Source: Candidatus Omnitrophota bacterium
GTDB taxonomy: Bacteria > Omnitrophota > Gorgyraeia > Tantalellales > Tantalellaceae
Assembly: GCA_015231405.1 (NCBI GenBank)
Contig: JADGBR010000001.1
Coordinates: 219,964-283,963, forward strand
Direction of reading: 5' to 3'
DNA: 64,000 bases
In this document: piece by piece, positions 19,505 through 28,677 of the stretch
Layout of the letters: the number at the start of each line of letters is the position of its first letter
How positions within the stretch are numbered: position 1 is the first letter of the stretch
Position numbers and translations under genes: made by a program
The notes under the pieces: generated by a model
Told to the model about the DNA's origin: nothing
Seen by the model: only the letters and a program-made list of their open reading frames with translations
The model's database searches: none

Positions 19505-20644
19505 ATGCTGCGATACATGACCGCGGGGGAGTCGCATGGGAAAGTTCTCTTAGCCATCCTTGACGGTATGCCCGCCGGGTTACGTTTAGATACAGCTCTT
19601 ATCGACGCGAATCTGTCCCGACGTATGTCAGGTTACGGTCGAGGCAAAAGGATGCAGATAGAGAAAGATACCGTAGAAGTTCTTTCCGGGACCAGAAAGG
19701 GGATTACGATAGGAAGTCCGATAGCGTTATCAGTTAAGAATAAAGACAACAGTATAGAGTCGATGCATGAGGTCACGTGTCCAAGGCCTGGACATGCCGA
19801 TCTTGCCGGAGTTTTGAAATACGGATTTATTTCCGCCCGGGACGTTCTTGAGCGCGCGAGCGCAAGGGAAACTGCCGCGAGGGTCGCCGCAGGGTCGGTC
19901 GCAAGGATCTTCCTCGCGGAGTTCGGTATTGACGTTTTTAGCCATGTTATTCAGATGGGGCCGGTCAAAGCATTTTTGGACGGTATGTCCCATTTAGATA
20001 TAAAGAAGAAAGCGCTAAGATCCGATACCGGATGCGCTGATAAAAAGGCATCGGAGCTGATGAAAGAAGAGGTCGATAAATGCGCTTCTTCAGGTGATAC
20101 CCTGGGAGGCGTTTTCGAGACCGTCATTACGGGTGTACCGGCCGGGCTGGGGTCTTACGTTCAGTGGGACAAACGTCTGGACGGGATCCTCGCGAGGTCC
20201 GTTATGGCCATACCGGCTGTGAAAGCCGTGTCGATAGGGATAGGGGTCGAAGGGGCGTCTAGAAGGGGCTCAAAGCTGCATGATACTATTTCGTACGACG
20301 CCTACGCTAAAAAATATTTAAGAGGCTCCAACAACGCCGGCGGGATCGAGGGCGGAGTAACTAACGGCGAACCTGTGATCATCTCAGGTTATATGAAACC
20401 TATCGCGACGCTGATGCGGCCGCTCCTTTCGGCGGACATGAATACAAAAAAAACGGCTAAAGCCTCCGTAGAGAGGTCGGATACAGCAGCAGTATTAGCC
20501 TCAGGGGTGGTTTCGGAAGCTGTGGTCTCTATTGAGATCGCTTCGGCTTTTATGGAAAAGTTTGGCTGCGATTCCATGAAAGATATAATGACAAACTTCA
20601 GGGAGTTCACTTTGAAGCCGTCAAAGTCCAATAAAAGAATATGA
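19505..20644 (+). CDS. aroC: Chorismate synthase
   Basis: MLRYMTAGESHG, RPGHADL, ERASARETA, NNAGGIEGG, MKPI; AAGGAG RBS before ATG 19505. Confidence 0.97.
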   Translation: MLRYMTAGESHGKVLLAILDGMPAGLRLDTALIDANLSRRMSGYGRGKRMQIEKDTVEVLSGTRKGITIGSPIALSVKNKDNSIESMHEVTCPRPGHADLAGVLKYGFISARDVLERASARETAARVAAGSVARIFLAEFGIDVFSHVIQMGPVKAFLDGMSHLDIKKKALRSDTGCADKKASELMKEEVDKCASSGDTLGGVFETVITGVPAGLGSYVQWDKRLDGILARSVMAIPAVKAVSIGIGVEGASRRGSKLHDTISYDAYAKKYLRGSNNAGGIEGGVTNGEPVIISGYMKPIATLMRPLLSADMNTKKTAKASVERSDTAAVLASGVVSEAVVSIEIASAFMEKFGCDSMKDIMTNFREFTLKPSKSNKRI

Positions 20645-22176
20645 AGAACATCGTACTTGTCGGTTTTATGGGCACAGGGAAGACTTCCGTCGGAAAAATG
20701 CTTTCGATGTGCCTTGATAAACCATATATATCCGTCGACGACATTATCGAGAAGAAAGAAGGATTGAGTATTACCGATATCTTTGCCGGAAAAGGCGAGG
20801 AATATTTCAGAAAACTTGAGAGCGAGATAATAAGAGAGATCTCAGGGCGTGAGGACCAGATAATCGATACCGGAGGAGGAGCGGTCCTTAATGAAGGGAA
20901 CATAGCGGCGCTTAAACGTTCGGGCGTCCTTTTTTGTCTCACCGCCCTTCCGGAGACCATCTATAACAGGGTAAAAGAACAGGCCCATCGGCCTCTTCTG
21001 AAGGTCGATGATCCCAGAAAGAAGGTGGCGGAGCTTCTCTCGGTCCGTAAACAATTCTATGAAATGGCCGACCATATGGTACCTACGGACGATCTTGATG
21101 TTGCCCATATTTCGGGGCGGATAATAGACGTTCTTAACAGGCTGGAATCCGAGAAGGAGATACCGGATGTTTCAGGTTACTTCGCCGGCCTTTACGGCCT
21201 TCTAATAAATAAAATATTCCATTACGCAAGTGTCCCTATCATGATAACGAGTGGCGAAGGTGATGTGTGTTTCGCTAACTCGGAGTTCATCGAGATATTC
21301 GGGCTCGGATTCGCGGATATTAGAGGAAAATGCTGGATCGATCTGGTAGTTCCCCAAAATAACAGGAACGAGGCCCGCGAGAAATTCTCCTCAATAATGG
21401 AGTATGGCAAAGCTATTAAATTTACGATCCTCGTTTCCGATAAGACGGGGAGAACAAGGTTTTATAATTGGATCGTCGATACGCTCGTCAGCGGCGGCGA
21501 GAAACATCTGATATTCGCGGGCCTCAACTGCCACGACACAGTGGGGTTAGATATTAACGTCCAGCCTGCCGCCGCGCAAGAAATGATAGACAGAATATTT
21601 TCGATGTCATGGGACGAGGATCTGGAAACTTCAAAACATTCAATGAAAGTCATGGTCTACTCGCTGGAGCTTGCCGACAGGATCGGATTGCCCGAGAAAG
21701 AGAAGGAGATCCTCAGATCCGCCGCGCTCCTCCACGATATCGGGAAGATAGCGATGAACGAAAAGATACTGCTCAAGGACGGCAAACTTGACGATATTGA
21801 GTACGAACACATAAAGAACCATATTAAGTACGGCGTTGATATGATAAGACCCGTGAACATTCTTGAGGAAATACTGCCCGTCATTGACAGCCACCATGAG
21901 AATTACGACGGCAGCGGATACCCCAAGGGGCTTAAGCGGGAGGAAATATCCCTTCCTGCGAGGATCCTCAGCATCGCGGACATTTTCGACGCGTTGACGT
22001 CGTTACGGCCTTATAGAAGGTCTTTTCCGATCGAAGAGGCTATAAGGATCATGAGAAAAGAAAAAGGAAAAAAGCTCGACCCGGAACTTACGGATATTTT
22101 CATTGAACTTGTTAAAAACGGCTCTATGGATGCGAAAATAAGGAATATAGACGATAAAAATGGCTATAAACGCTAA
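20641..22176 (+). CDS. aroK: Shikimate kinase fused to PAS and HD-GYP (c-di-GMP phosphodiesterase-type) domains
   Basis: N-term GFMGTGKT, GEEYFR..E, TGGG, RPLL; middle PAS-like segment; C-term HS..V, LHDIGK, HHENYDGSGYP, ADIFDALTSLRPYR. Confidence 0.88.
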   Translation: MKNIVLVGFMGTGKTSVGKMLSMCLDKPYISVDDIIEKKEGLSITDIFAGKGEEYFRKLESEIIREISGREDQIIDTGGGAVLNEGNIAALKRSGVLFCLTALPETIYNRVKEQAHRPLLKVDDPRKKVAELLSVRKQFYEMADHMVPTDDLDVAHISGRIIDVLNRLESEKEIPDVSGYFAGLYGLLINKIFHYASVPIMITSGEGDVCFANSEFIEIFGLGFADIRGKCWIDLVVPQNNRNEAREKFSSIMEYGKAIKFTILVSDKTGRTRFYNWIVDTLVSGGEKHLIFAGLNCHDTVGLDINVQPAAAQEMIDRIFSMSWDEDLETSKHSMKVMVYSLELADRIGLPEKEKEILRSAALLHDIGKIAMNEKILLKDGKLDDIEYEHIKNHIKYGVDMIRPVNILEEILPVIDSHHENYDGSGYPKGLKREEISLPARILSIADIFDALTSLRPYRRSFPIEEAIRIMRKEKGKKLDPELTDIFIELVKNGSMDAKIRNIDDKNGYKR

Positions 22177-23257
22177 AGAACGCGATATTATCGCATTATC
22201 AATGGTGCCTGGAATCGGGGCGTCCAGACTTATGCGACTTGTTGATAAATTCGACAGTCTTCGACCTCTCTTCGATATGTCGCTTCCGGAATTCAAGGAG
22301 CTATTCACCCGGAACGGCGATATCACCGCATCACCCGGCGATATTCTGAGATCTGGGGAGATCGCCAGCGAGATATCTTTTATGGAGGCGGCCGGGATAA
22401 AACCGGTCTTTTCTCATGATGGTGAATATCCCGAAGCTTTGAGGAATATCGATCAACCTCCCATAATGTTATTTTCGAAGGGGACCATGATCGTAGATGA
22501 CATAAGAGCCGTTGCCATAGTGGGGGCCAGGATGTGTACCGCGTACGGACTTCGGATGGCGGAAAAATTAGCTTACGATCTGGCTAAGAACGGGATAACA
22601 GTCGTAAGCGGCCTGGCTAAAGGCATAGACCAGGCTTCTCATAGAGGTGCTCTAATGGCAGGGGGAAGGACCATCGCGGTGATGGGGTCAGGGTTCAGGA
22701 ACATATACCCGGACGGCGCTCAAAAGATGGTTGATATGATAGCTTCCAATGGGGCTGTTTTAACAGAATATCATTCAAATATGAAACCCCTTGCTTTTAA
22801 CTTTCCAGCCAGGAACAGGATAATAAGTGGCCTTTCCAGGGGTGTAGTCGTGGTGGAGGCCGGAGAAAGGAGCGGGGCGCTCATAACGGTCGATTACGCT
22901 CTTGAGCAGGGGCGCGACGTGTTCGCGGTGCCGGGTTGTGCGGATAACCGGTCAAGTCGAGGCAGCAATAAACTGATCCAGGATGGGGCTAAACTGGTGA
23001 CGAGCGCACGGGATATACTTGAGGAAATGGGGATAGAGGCATACGAACATGTCTCATTAAATGAAAGCCCGGGTAGAACGCCCGAAGGGGAGAACGAAAA
23101 AAGGGTCATTCGCGCGATCGGGAGCGGCGAGATCGGGTTTGACCTGATCAGTGAAACGACCGGTATTGAGACAGGCGCACTTCCAGGGATCCTCATCGGC
23201 CTGGAACTTAAGAACATCGTCAGAGCGCTCCCAGGCGCGAGATATGCTTTAAAGTGA
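22160..23257 (+). CDS. dprA: DNA processing protein A
   Basis: VAIVGAR, VSGLAKGID, FPARNRIISGLS, VVEAGERSGALIT, C-terminal winged helix. Confidence 0.96.
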   Translation: MAINAKERDIIALSMVPGIGASRLMRLVDKFDSLRPLFDMSLPEFKELFTRNGDITASPGDILRSGEIASEISFMEAAGIKPVFSHDGEYPEALRNIDQPPIMLFSKGTMIVDDIRAVAIVGARMCTAYGLRMAEKLAYDLAKNGITVVSGLAKGIDQASHRGALMAGGRTIAVMGSGFRNIYPDGAQKMVDMIASNGAVLTEYHSNMKPLAFNFPARNRIISGLSRGVVVVEAGERSGALITVDYALEQGRDVFAVPGCADNRSSRGSNKLIQDGAKLVTSARDILEEMGIEAYEHVSLNESPGRTPEGENEKRVIRAIGSGEIGFDLISETTGIETGALPGILIGLELKNIVRALPGARYALK

Positions 23258-23327
23258 TAGGGTTGTAACGGAGATTGTGAGATCGGTACATTATTATAGA
23301 GAGAATGATCAATAAGGATGGATAGCT

Positions 23328-25394
23328 ATGGCGGTAAAGAAAAAAACGGCGTCAAAAAAGGCGAAAGGTCATTTAAAATACCTAGTAATAGTCGAGTCCC
23401 CTGCAAAGTCGAAAACGATCAATAAAATTTTGGGTGCTGACTGTAAGGTCATCGCGAGCATGGGGCACGTGATAGATCTCCCTTCAGACAGGATGGGTAT
23501 AGATTTTAAGAATGATTTTAAGCCCGAATACATGGTAATGAAGGGTCGTACGAAAAATCTCCAGGAGATAAAAAAGGAGGCCAAGAACGCTGACGCTGTA
23601 TATCTTGCCGCTGACCCTGACAGGGAAGGTGAGGCGATATGCTGGCACCTTAGCAATTATCTAAAGGATAGCGGATGCGATATGTTCCGGGTCAGGTTCG
23701 AAGAAATAACCCCGAAAGCGGTAAAAGACGCTTTCGATAACCCCGGGCAGCTGGACATGAACAAGGTCAACGCGCAGCAGGCGCGCCGGCTCCTTGACAG
23801 GATAGTCGGTTATTCGCTGTCGCCGCTTTTGTGGAGGCTGATCTCGAGGGGGCTAAGCGCCGGAAGGGTACAATCCGTATCGGTGAGGCTGATAGTCGAA
23901 AGGGAAAAGGAGATAAGGAAGTTCGTTCCTGTCGAGTATTGGAGCCTGGAAGCCGTTCTTAAGAAGGAAGAGCCCGTCATCCCCGTTGTCAAACCTGAAT
24001 TCAGGGCGAAACTCGTGAAACATAAGGGAGAAAAGATCCATGTCACTAAAAAACCGGAAATGGACACGGTGCTGGATTACCTGAAGGATAAGAAATTCAT
24101 CGTTAACGAGATAATCCGCAAGGAAAAAAAGAGTTATCCCAGAGCTCCTTTTACCACCTCCGTGTTGCAACAGGAGGGATTCAATAAACTGAACTTCTCG
24201 GCATCTAAGACCATGCGTGTCGCCCAGAGGTTATACGAAGGCGTTGAGCTTGGGGATGAGGGGAGCGTCGGTCTTATAACGTATATGCGTACGGATTCCG
24301 TAAGGATATCCGACGACGCGTCCCAGGAGGCAAAAAACTATATACTCGACAAATACGGCAAAGACTATTATCCGGATAAAAAAACAGTTTATAAGTCCAA
24401 GAGATCGGCCCAGGAAGCCCATGAGGCCATAAGGCCCACGCTGCCGCTGCGTTCGCCCGAGGAAGTAATGTCGTTCCTCGCTCCTGACGAGCTTAAACTT
24501 TATTCGTTGATATGGAAACGTTTTATCTCAAGCCAGATGACCAGCGCCTTATACTCGCTTCTTTCGGTCCATATTAACGCATCGGATTACGATTTCAGGG
24601 CTGGTGGATCCGAGATAATATTCGACGGTTATTTAAGGATGTACAGGGAACAGGGCGAAAATATTGACACAGAGCTGGCCGAGATACCCCCTTTAAGGGT
24701 TGGGGAAGAGGTAAGCCTTGTGGAGCTTATTCCAGACCAGCATTTCACGAAACCTCCCGCGAGATATTCTGACGCATCACTGGTCAAGGAGCTTGAGGAA
24801 AAAGGCATAGGGAGGCCGTCTACTTACGCTCCTATCATCAGGACGATAATAGACCGTAATTATGTCCGCAGGATACAGAAATATTTTCAGCCTACGGAGC
24901 TTGGGGAAATGGTAAATGAATTCCTCATGGCCAGTTTTCCCGAAATAGTTGATTATGAATTTACGGCAAAAATGGAAGGTGACCTTGACGAGATAGAAAG
25001 CGGGAATAAAGAGTGGCTGAGCATCGTCAGGTACTTCTACGAGCCGTTTTCCGTAAAGCTCGTCGAGGCGCAGGCCCGTGTGAAGGAAGTGAAAAAAAAG
25101 AACGTCGAGAGCGACCAGAAATGCGACCTCTGCGGTAAGACCATGGTAGTGAAATGGGGCAGACGCGGCCAATTCCTCAGCTGTTCAGCTTTTCCAACTT
25201 GCCGTTTCTCGAAATCCATTACCACAGGCGTGAAATGCCCGGTTGAGGGTTGTACCGGGGAACTTATCGAAAGAAAATCAAAGAGAGGCAGTTTTTTCGG
25301 CTGTGTCAACTTCCCCAAATGTACATATATCGCCAAGGTCCTTCCCGGAAAAAAGGCTGAAGAAACGAGCGATGATACGGTTGAGGACGAATAG
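23328..25394 (+). CDS. topA: DNA topoisomerase I
   Basis: LVIVESPAK, DPDREGEAI, SAGRVQS, LITYMRTDS, AHEAIRPT, GIGRPSTY, C-terminal Zn ribbons. Confidence 0.97.
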   Translation: MAVKKKTASKKAKGHLKYLVIVESPAKSKTINKILGADCKVIASMGHVIDLPSDRMGIDFKNDFKPEYMVMKGRTKNLQEIKKEAKNADAVYLAADPDREGEAICWHLSNYLKDSGCDMFRVRFEEITPKAVKDAFDNPGQLDMNKVNAQQARRLLDRIVGYSLSPLLWRLISRGLSAGRVQSVSVRLIVEREKEIRKFVPVEYWSLEAVLKKEEPVIPVVKPEFRAKLVKHKGEKIHVTKKPEMDTVLDYLKDKKFIVNEIIRKEKKSYPRAPFTTSVLQQEGFNKLNFSASKTMRVAQRLYEGVELGDEGSVGLITYMRTDSVRISDDASQEAKNYILDKYGKDYYPDKKTVYKSKRSAQEAHEAIRPTLPLRSPEEVMSFLAPDELKLYSLIWKRFISSQMTSALYSLLSVHINASDYDFRAGGSEIIFDGYLRMYREQGENIDTELAEIPPLRVGEEVSLVELIPDQHFTKPPARYSDASLVKELEEKGIGRPSTYAPIIRTIIDRNYVRRIQKYFQPTELGEMVNEFLMASFPEIVDYEFTAKMEGDLDEIESGNKEWLSIVRYFYEPFSVKLVEAQARVKEVKKKNVESDQKCDLCGKTMVVKWGRRGQFLSCSAFPTCRFSKSITTGVKCPVEGCTGELIERKSKRGSFFGCVNFPKCTYIAKVLPGKKAEETSDDTVEDE

Positions 25395-25397
25395 GAG

Positions 25398-25434
25398 AGA
25401 CTGTGTCACAATGCGGAATAGAGTGATACGGTCT
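25398..25434. repeat. Short inverted repeat / possible MITE relic
   Basis: AGACTGTGTCAC ... GTGATACGGTCT (12 bp with 2 G-T pairs). Confidence 0.35.
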
Positions 25435-25453
25435 GAAGAGGAAGCGTCGGGCA

Positions 25454-26335
25454 ATGTCAGAATTTAATGTCTATATAGATAAATATATCAGGTACCTTGA
25501 GGCTGAGAGGAACTCGTCGGAGCATACTACCAGGGGGTATTCACGGGACCTCGGTGAGCTTGCCTCTTTCTTGGGCGAAAAAGGCCCGGGTGAAGTTTCT
25601 CATCTGGACATAAGAAAGTTCCTCGCTGAACTTAAGGCCAGGGAGTTGTCAAGGGCGACCGTGGTCAGAAAATTATCCGCGATAAGATCATTCTACCGTT
25701 TTCTTTTCAGGGAAGATATAGTTGTCACCAACCCAGCTGAAGGTGTTTTCACACCAAAATTGGAAAAACGTCTTCCTGAGTTCCTTGACCAGGTTAAGAC
25801 ACTCGAGCTTATCACGGCTCCACGCGGCGAAAAACAGTCGGAGCTCCGGGACAGGGCGGTCCTTGAGACGCTTTACTCCACCGGGATGAGGGTAAGCGAA
25901 CTTGTCGAGCTTTCCAGGGACGCTATAGACATTTTTTCGGGTGTTATTAAGGTCAGAGGCAAAGGGAAGAAAGAGAGGATAACTCTGATAGGCCAAAAGG
26001 CCGAGGAAGCCATTTCGGCTTATCTTTCCGTTCGAAAAGATCAGGGATTAGACACTTCGAGAGCGCTTTTTGTGAATAAGAACGGCACACGCCTTTCAGA
26101 CAGGGGGGTCCGCCGGATCGTGGATAAATACGTTCGCATGGCGAGCATAGATAAAAAATTGTCTCCTCACTCTATAAGGCATTCTTTCGCCACCCATATG
26201 CTTAATAACGGTGCGGATCTTCGAAGCGTTCAGGAGCTTTTGGGGCATAAGAATCTGTCAACAACCCAGATATATACTCATTTAGGCGCGAAAAGGATAA
26301 AGGAGATCTACGATAAAGCCCACCCGAGGGCTTGA
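25454..26335 (+). CDS. xerC: Tyrosine recombinase XerC
   Basis: RDRAVLETLYSTGMRVSE, GKGKKER, PHSIRHSFATH, QELLGH...TTQIYTH, HPRA end; dprA-topA-xerC context. Confidence 0.9.
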   Translation: MSEFNVYIDKYIRYLEAERNSSEHTTRGYSRDLGELASFLGEKGPGEVSHLDIRKFLAELKARELSRATVVRKLSAIRSFYRFLFREDIVVTNPAEGVFTPKLEKRLPEFLDQVKTLELITAPRGEKQSELRDRAVLETLYSTGMRVSELVELSRDAIDIFSGVIKVRGKGKKERITLIGQKAEEAISAYLSVRKDQGLDTSRALFVNKNGTRLSDRGVRRIVDKYVRMASIDKKLSPHSIRHSFATHMLNNGADLRSVQELLGHKNLSTTQIYTHLGAKRIKEIYDKAHPRA

Positions 26336-26349
26336 TACCCCGGATCGAA

Positions 26350-27630
26350 ATGTTCATTATATACGATATATTCTTTGTTTTGTACGGCCTGGCGTACCTT
26401 GTGTATATCTTCATGAGGAAAAAAGCGCACAAAGGGTTCGCCCAGAAATTCGGCGCATTGCCTAGTGAGGTCACTAGCCCAGGGCCAGGGCCGGTCTGGA
26501 TACACGCAGTCAGCGTGGGAGAGGCGAATCTCGCGGTAAAACTTGCCGTAGGTATAAAAAAAAGGATCCCTGGAACGCGGATAGTCATTTCGACCACGAC
26601 CCCGTCAGGGAACATCCTTGCTAAGGAAAGAGGTAAAGGGATAGCCGATGCGGTCTTTTATTACCCGTTCGACCTTTCATTTATTGTGTCATCGGTTGTC
26701 AGAAAGATCCGTCCGATAGTTTACATTGTCGTTGAGACGGAGATATGGCCAAACCTTCTAAGGGCGCTCGCTAACAAAAGAGTACCGGTCGTCCTGGTTA
26801 ATGGCCGTATCTCCGGAAAGTCTTTTCCGGGATATCTTAGAATAAGGCCGCTGATGCGCATTATCCTTAAGAATATCTCTCTGGCATGTATGCAATCAGG
26901 GATGGATGCCCAAAGGATAAAGGCTATCGGGATGAGCCCTGAAAGGGTGTCCGTGACGGGCAGTATAAAATTTGACATATCGGAACCGGATGGGGCCCCG
27001 GAATTCACGAAAGGGGATATGGGGTTTGGAGAACATGATCCCGTTATCGTGGCGGGAAGCACTCATCACCCCGAAGAGAAGTTCCTCGCGGACGCCTTTA
27101 CATCTCTCAGGAAAAAATATGAAGGATTAAGGTTGATAATAGCGCCGAGACATATAGAGCGGGCTAGAACGATAAGCGCCTCTCTCCATAAAGAACGGAT
27201 CTCGAACGCGATGTTCTCAGGTATAATGAAAGACAGAGGCAAAGAGGTGTATGACGCGGTCGTAGTCGATACCATCGGTCACCTGAAGTTCATTTATCGT
27301 TACGCCGACGTCATATTCATAGGTGGAAGCCTTATGCCGCACGGAGGGCAGAACCCGATAGAAGGCGTAGCCGGGGGGAAGCCTGTTATCTTCGGGCCGA
27401 GTATGTACAATTTTAAAGAAATATCCGAGATACTCATTGAAGCAGGGGCGGCGATAAAGGTGAGCGACTCAAATGAGCTTACTAGGGTCATAGACTCCCT
27501 TCTAGCGGACGCGAATAAACGGGCGATCATGGGATCAAAAGGAAAAGAGGTCGTCGAATGCAATATCGGGGCCATGGAGAGAACTGTTGAAGCGGTCAGC
27601 CAGTTCATGCCGACCGGGGCGGAAGCATAG
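26350..27630 (+). CDS. waaA: Kdo transferase
   Basis: WIHAVSVGE, YPFD, ETEIWPN, NGRIS, GSIKFD, AGSTH, APRHIER, GGQNPIE; start at 26350 or TTG 26332. Confidence 0.94.
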   Translation: MFIIYDIFFVLYGLAYLVYIFMRKKAHKGFAQKFGALPSEVTSPGPGPVWIHAVSVGEANLAVKLAVGIKKRIPGTRIVISTTTPSGNILAKERGKGIADAVFYYPFDLSFIVSSVVRKIRPIVYIVVETEIWPNLLRALANKRVPVVLVNGRISGKSFPGYLRIRPLMRIILKNISLACMQSGMDAQRIKAIGMSPERVSVTGSIKFDISEPDGAPEFTKGDMGFGEHDPVIVAGSTHHPEEKFLADAFTSLRKKYEGLRLIIAPRHIERARTISASLHKERISNAMFSGIMKDRGKEVYDAVVVDTIGHLKFIYRYADVIFIGGSLMPHGGQNPIEGVAGGKPVIFGPSMYNFKEISEILIEAGAAIKVSDSNELTRVIDSLLADANKRAIMGSKGKEVVECNIGAMERTVEAVSQFMPTGAEA

Positions 27631-28677
27631 ATGGATATGGATAAAATAAAAAAATATATACTTTCGGTCATGAAGGATGAACTTAAGGGCTCTGGCCCGT
27701 TTATTCTTGCGAAATTTCTCTCCTTTCTTTCTTTTTTTTACGCAGCCGTTATCTTTCAGGTCAGTATGGCTTACCGTACCGGTCTTTGGAGGTCCCGGCG
27801 CGTAGGTATCCCGGTAATAAGCGTGGGGAACATCACTCTCGGTGGGGCCGGGAAAACGCCGTTCACGATAACGCTCGCGGAACATTTTATATCGGCGAAT
27901 AAACAGCCTGGAATACTGATTAGGGGATATGGTGACGATGAACACAAAATGATCGCATGGCGTGTGCCGAAAGCAAAGGTCATTGTCGGCAGGGACAGGG
28001 TTTCGAACGCTATCGAAGCAAAAAAGGCCGGGGTGGATGTGCTTATAATGGACGACGGGTTCCAGCACAGGAAGCTCGCGAGAGACATGGACATTGTTTT
28101 ACTTAACGCCAGAGATCCGTTCGGCAACGGACGCCTTTTTCCGAGGGGGATATTGAGGGAAGGTAAAGAATCATTAAAAAGGGCCGATATAGTAATCCTG
28201 AACAAACTTGACGGGGTCCGAACGGAAGACGTTGAAAAAATACTCCTTGAGGTCAGGACTATCTCCAGAAGCGCTAAGATCTTTAAAGCGGAATATTCCC
28301 CTGATTCCATGAGCGACTTCTTTGGGAACAAACATCCGCTTCAGTCTATGCGTGGGAAAAAAGCGGTCATCGTGAGCGGAATAGCGGACCCCTTGTATTT
28401 TTCGGATATGCTCGGAGCATTGGGACTGGACATACTAGGGAAGTGGACGTTCCTTGACCATCATGATTATATATCGCGAGATATAACCCTCATCACCCGC
28501 GACGCCGCGGAGCGAGGGGCCGACCATATCATAACTACGGAGAAGGATTACGCTAAGCTGAAAGATATGGATAACAGGGAATTCCGCCTGAGACTTCTGG
28601 TATTGAATATCAGGATGTCGATAACGGCGGAAAGCGAGGTATTCTTTAATGGACTTGATAGCGTCGTTAGCGGCTAG
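27631..28677 (+). CDS. lpxK: Tetraacyldisaccharide 4'-kinase
   Basis: ISVGNITLGGAGKTP, RGYG, MDDGFQH, PRGILRE, DHHDY, TTEKD. Confidence 0.95.
   Translation: MDMDKIKKYILSVMKDELKGSGPFILAKFLSFLSFFYAAVIFQVSMAYRTGLWRSRRVGIPVISVGNITLGGAGKTPFTITLAEHFISANKQPGILIRGYGDDEHKMIAWRVPKAKVIVGRDRVSNAIEAKKAGVDVLIMDDGFQHRKLARDMDIVLLNARDPFGNGRLFPRGILREGKESLKRADIVILNKLDGVRTEDVEKILLEVRTISRSAKIFKAEYSPDSMSDFFGNKHPLQSMRGKKAVIVSGIADPLYFSDMLGALGLDILGKWTFLDHHDYISRDITLITRDAAERGADHIITTEKDYAKLKDMDNREFRLRLLVLNIRMSITAESEVFFNGLDSVVSG

Noticed and set aside
25454-26335. Tyrosine recombinase as a prophage/island integrase
   Set aside because: It has XerC size, an HPRA C-terminus and housekeeping dprA-topA context; no att sites or cargo genes.
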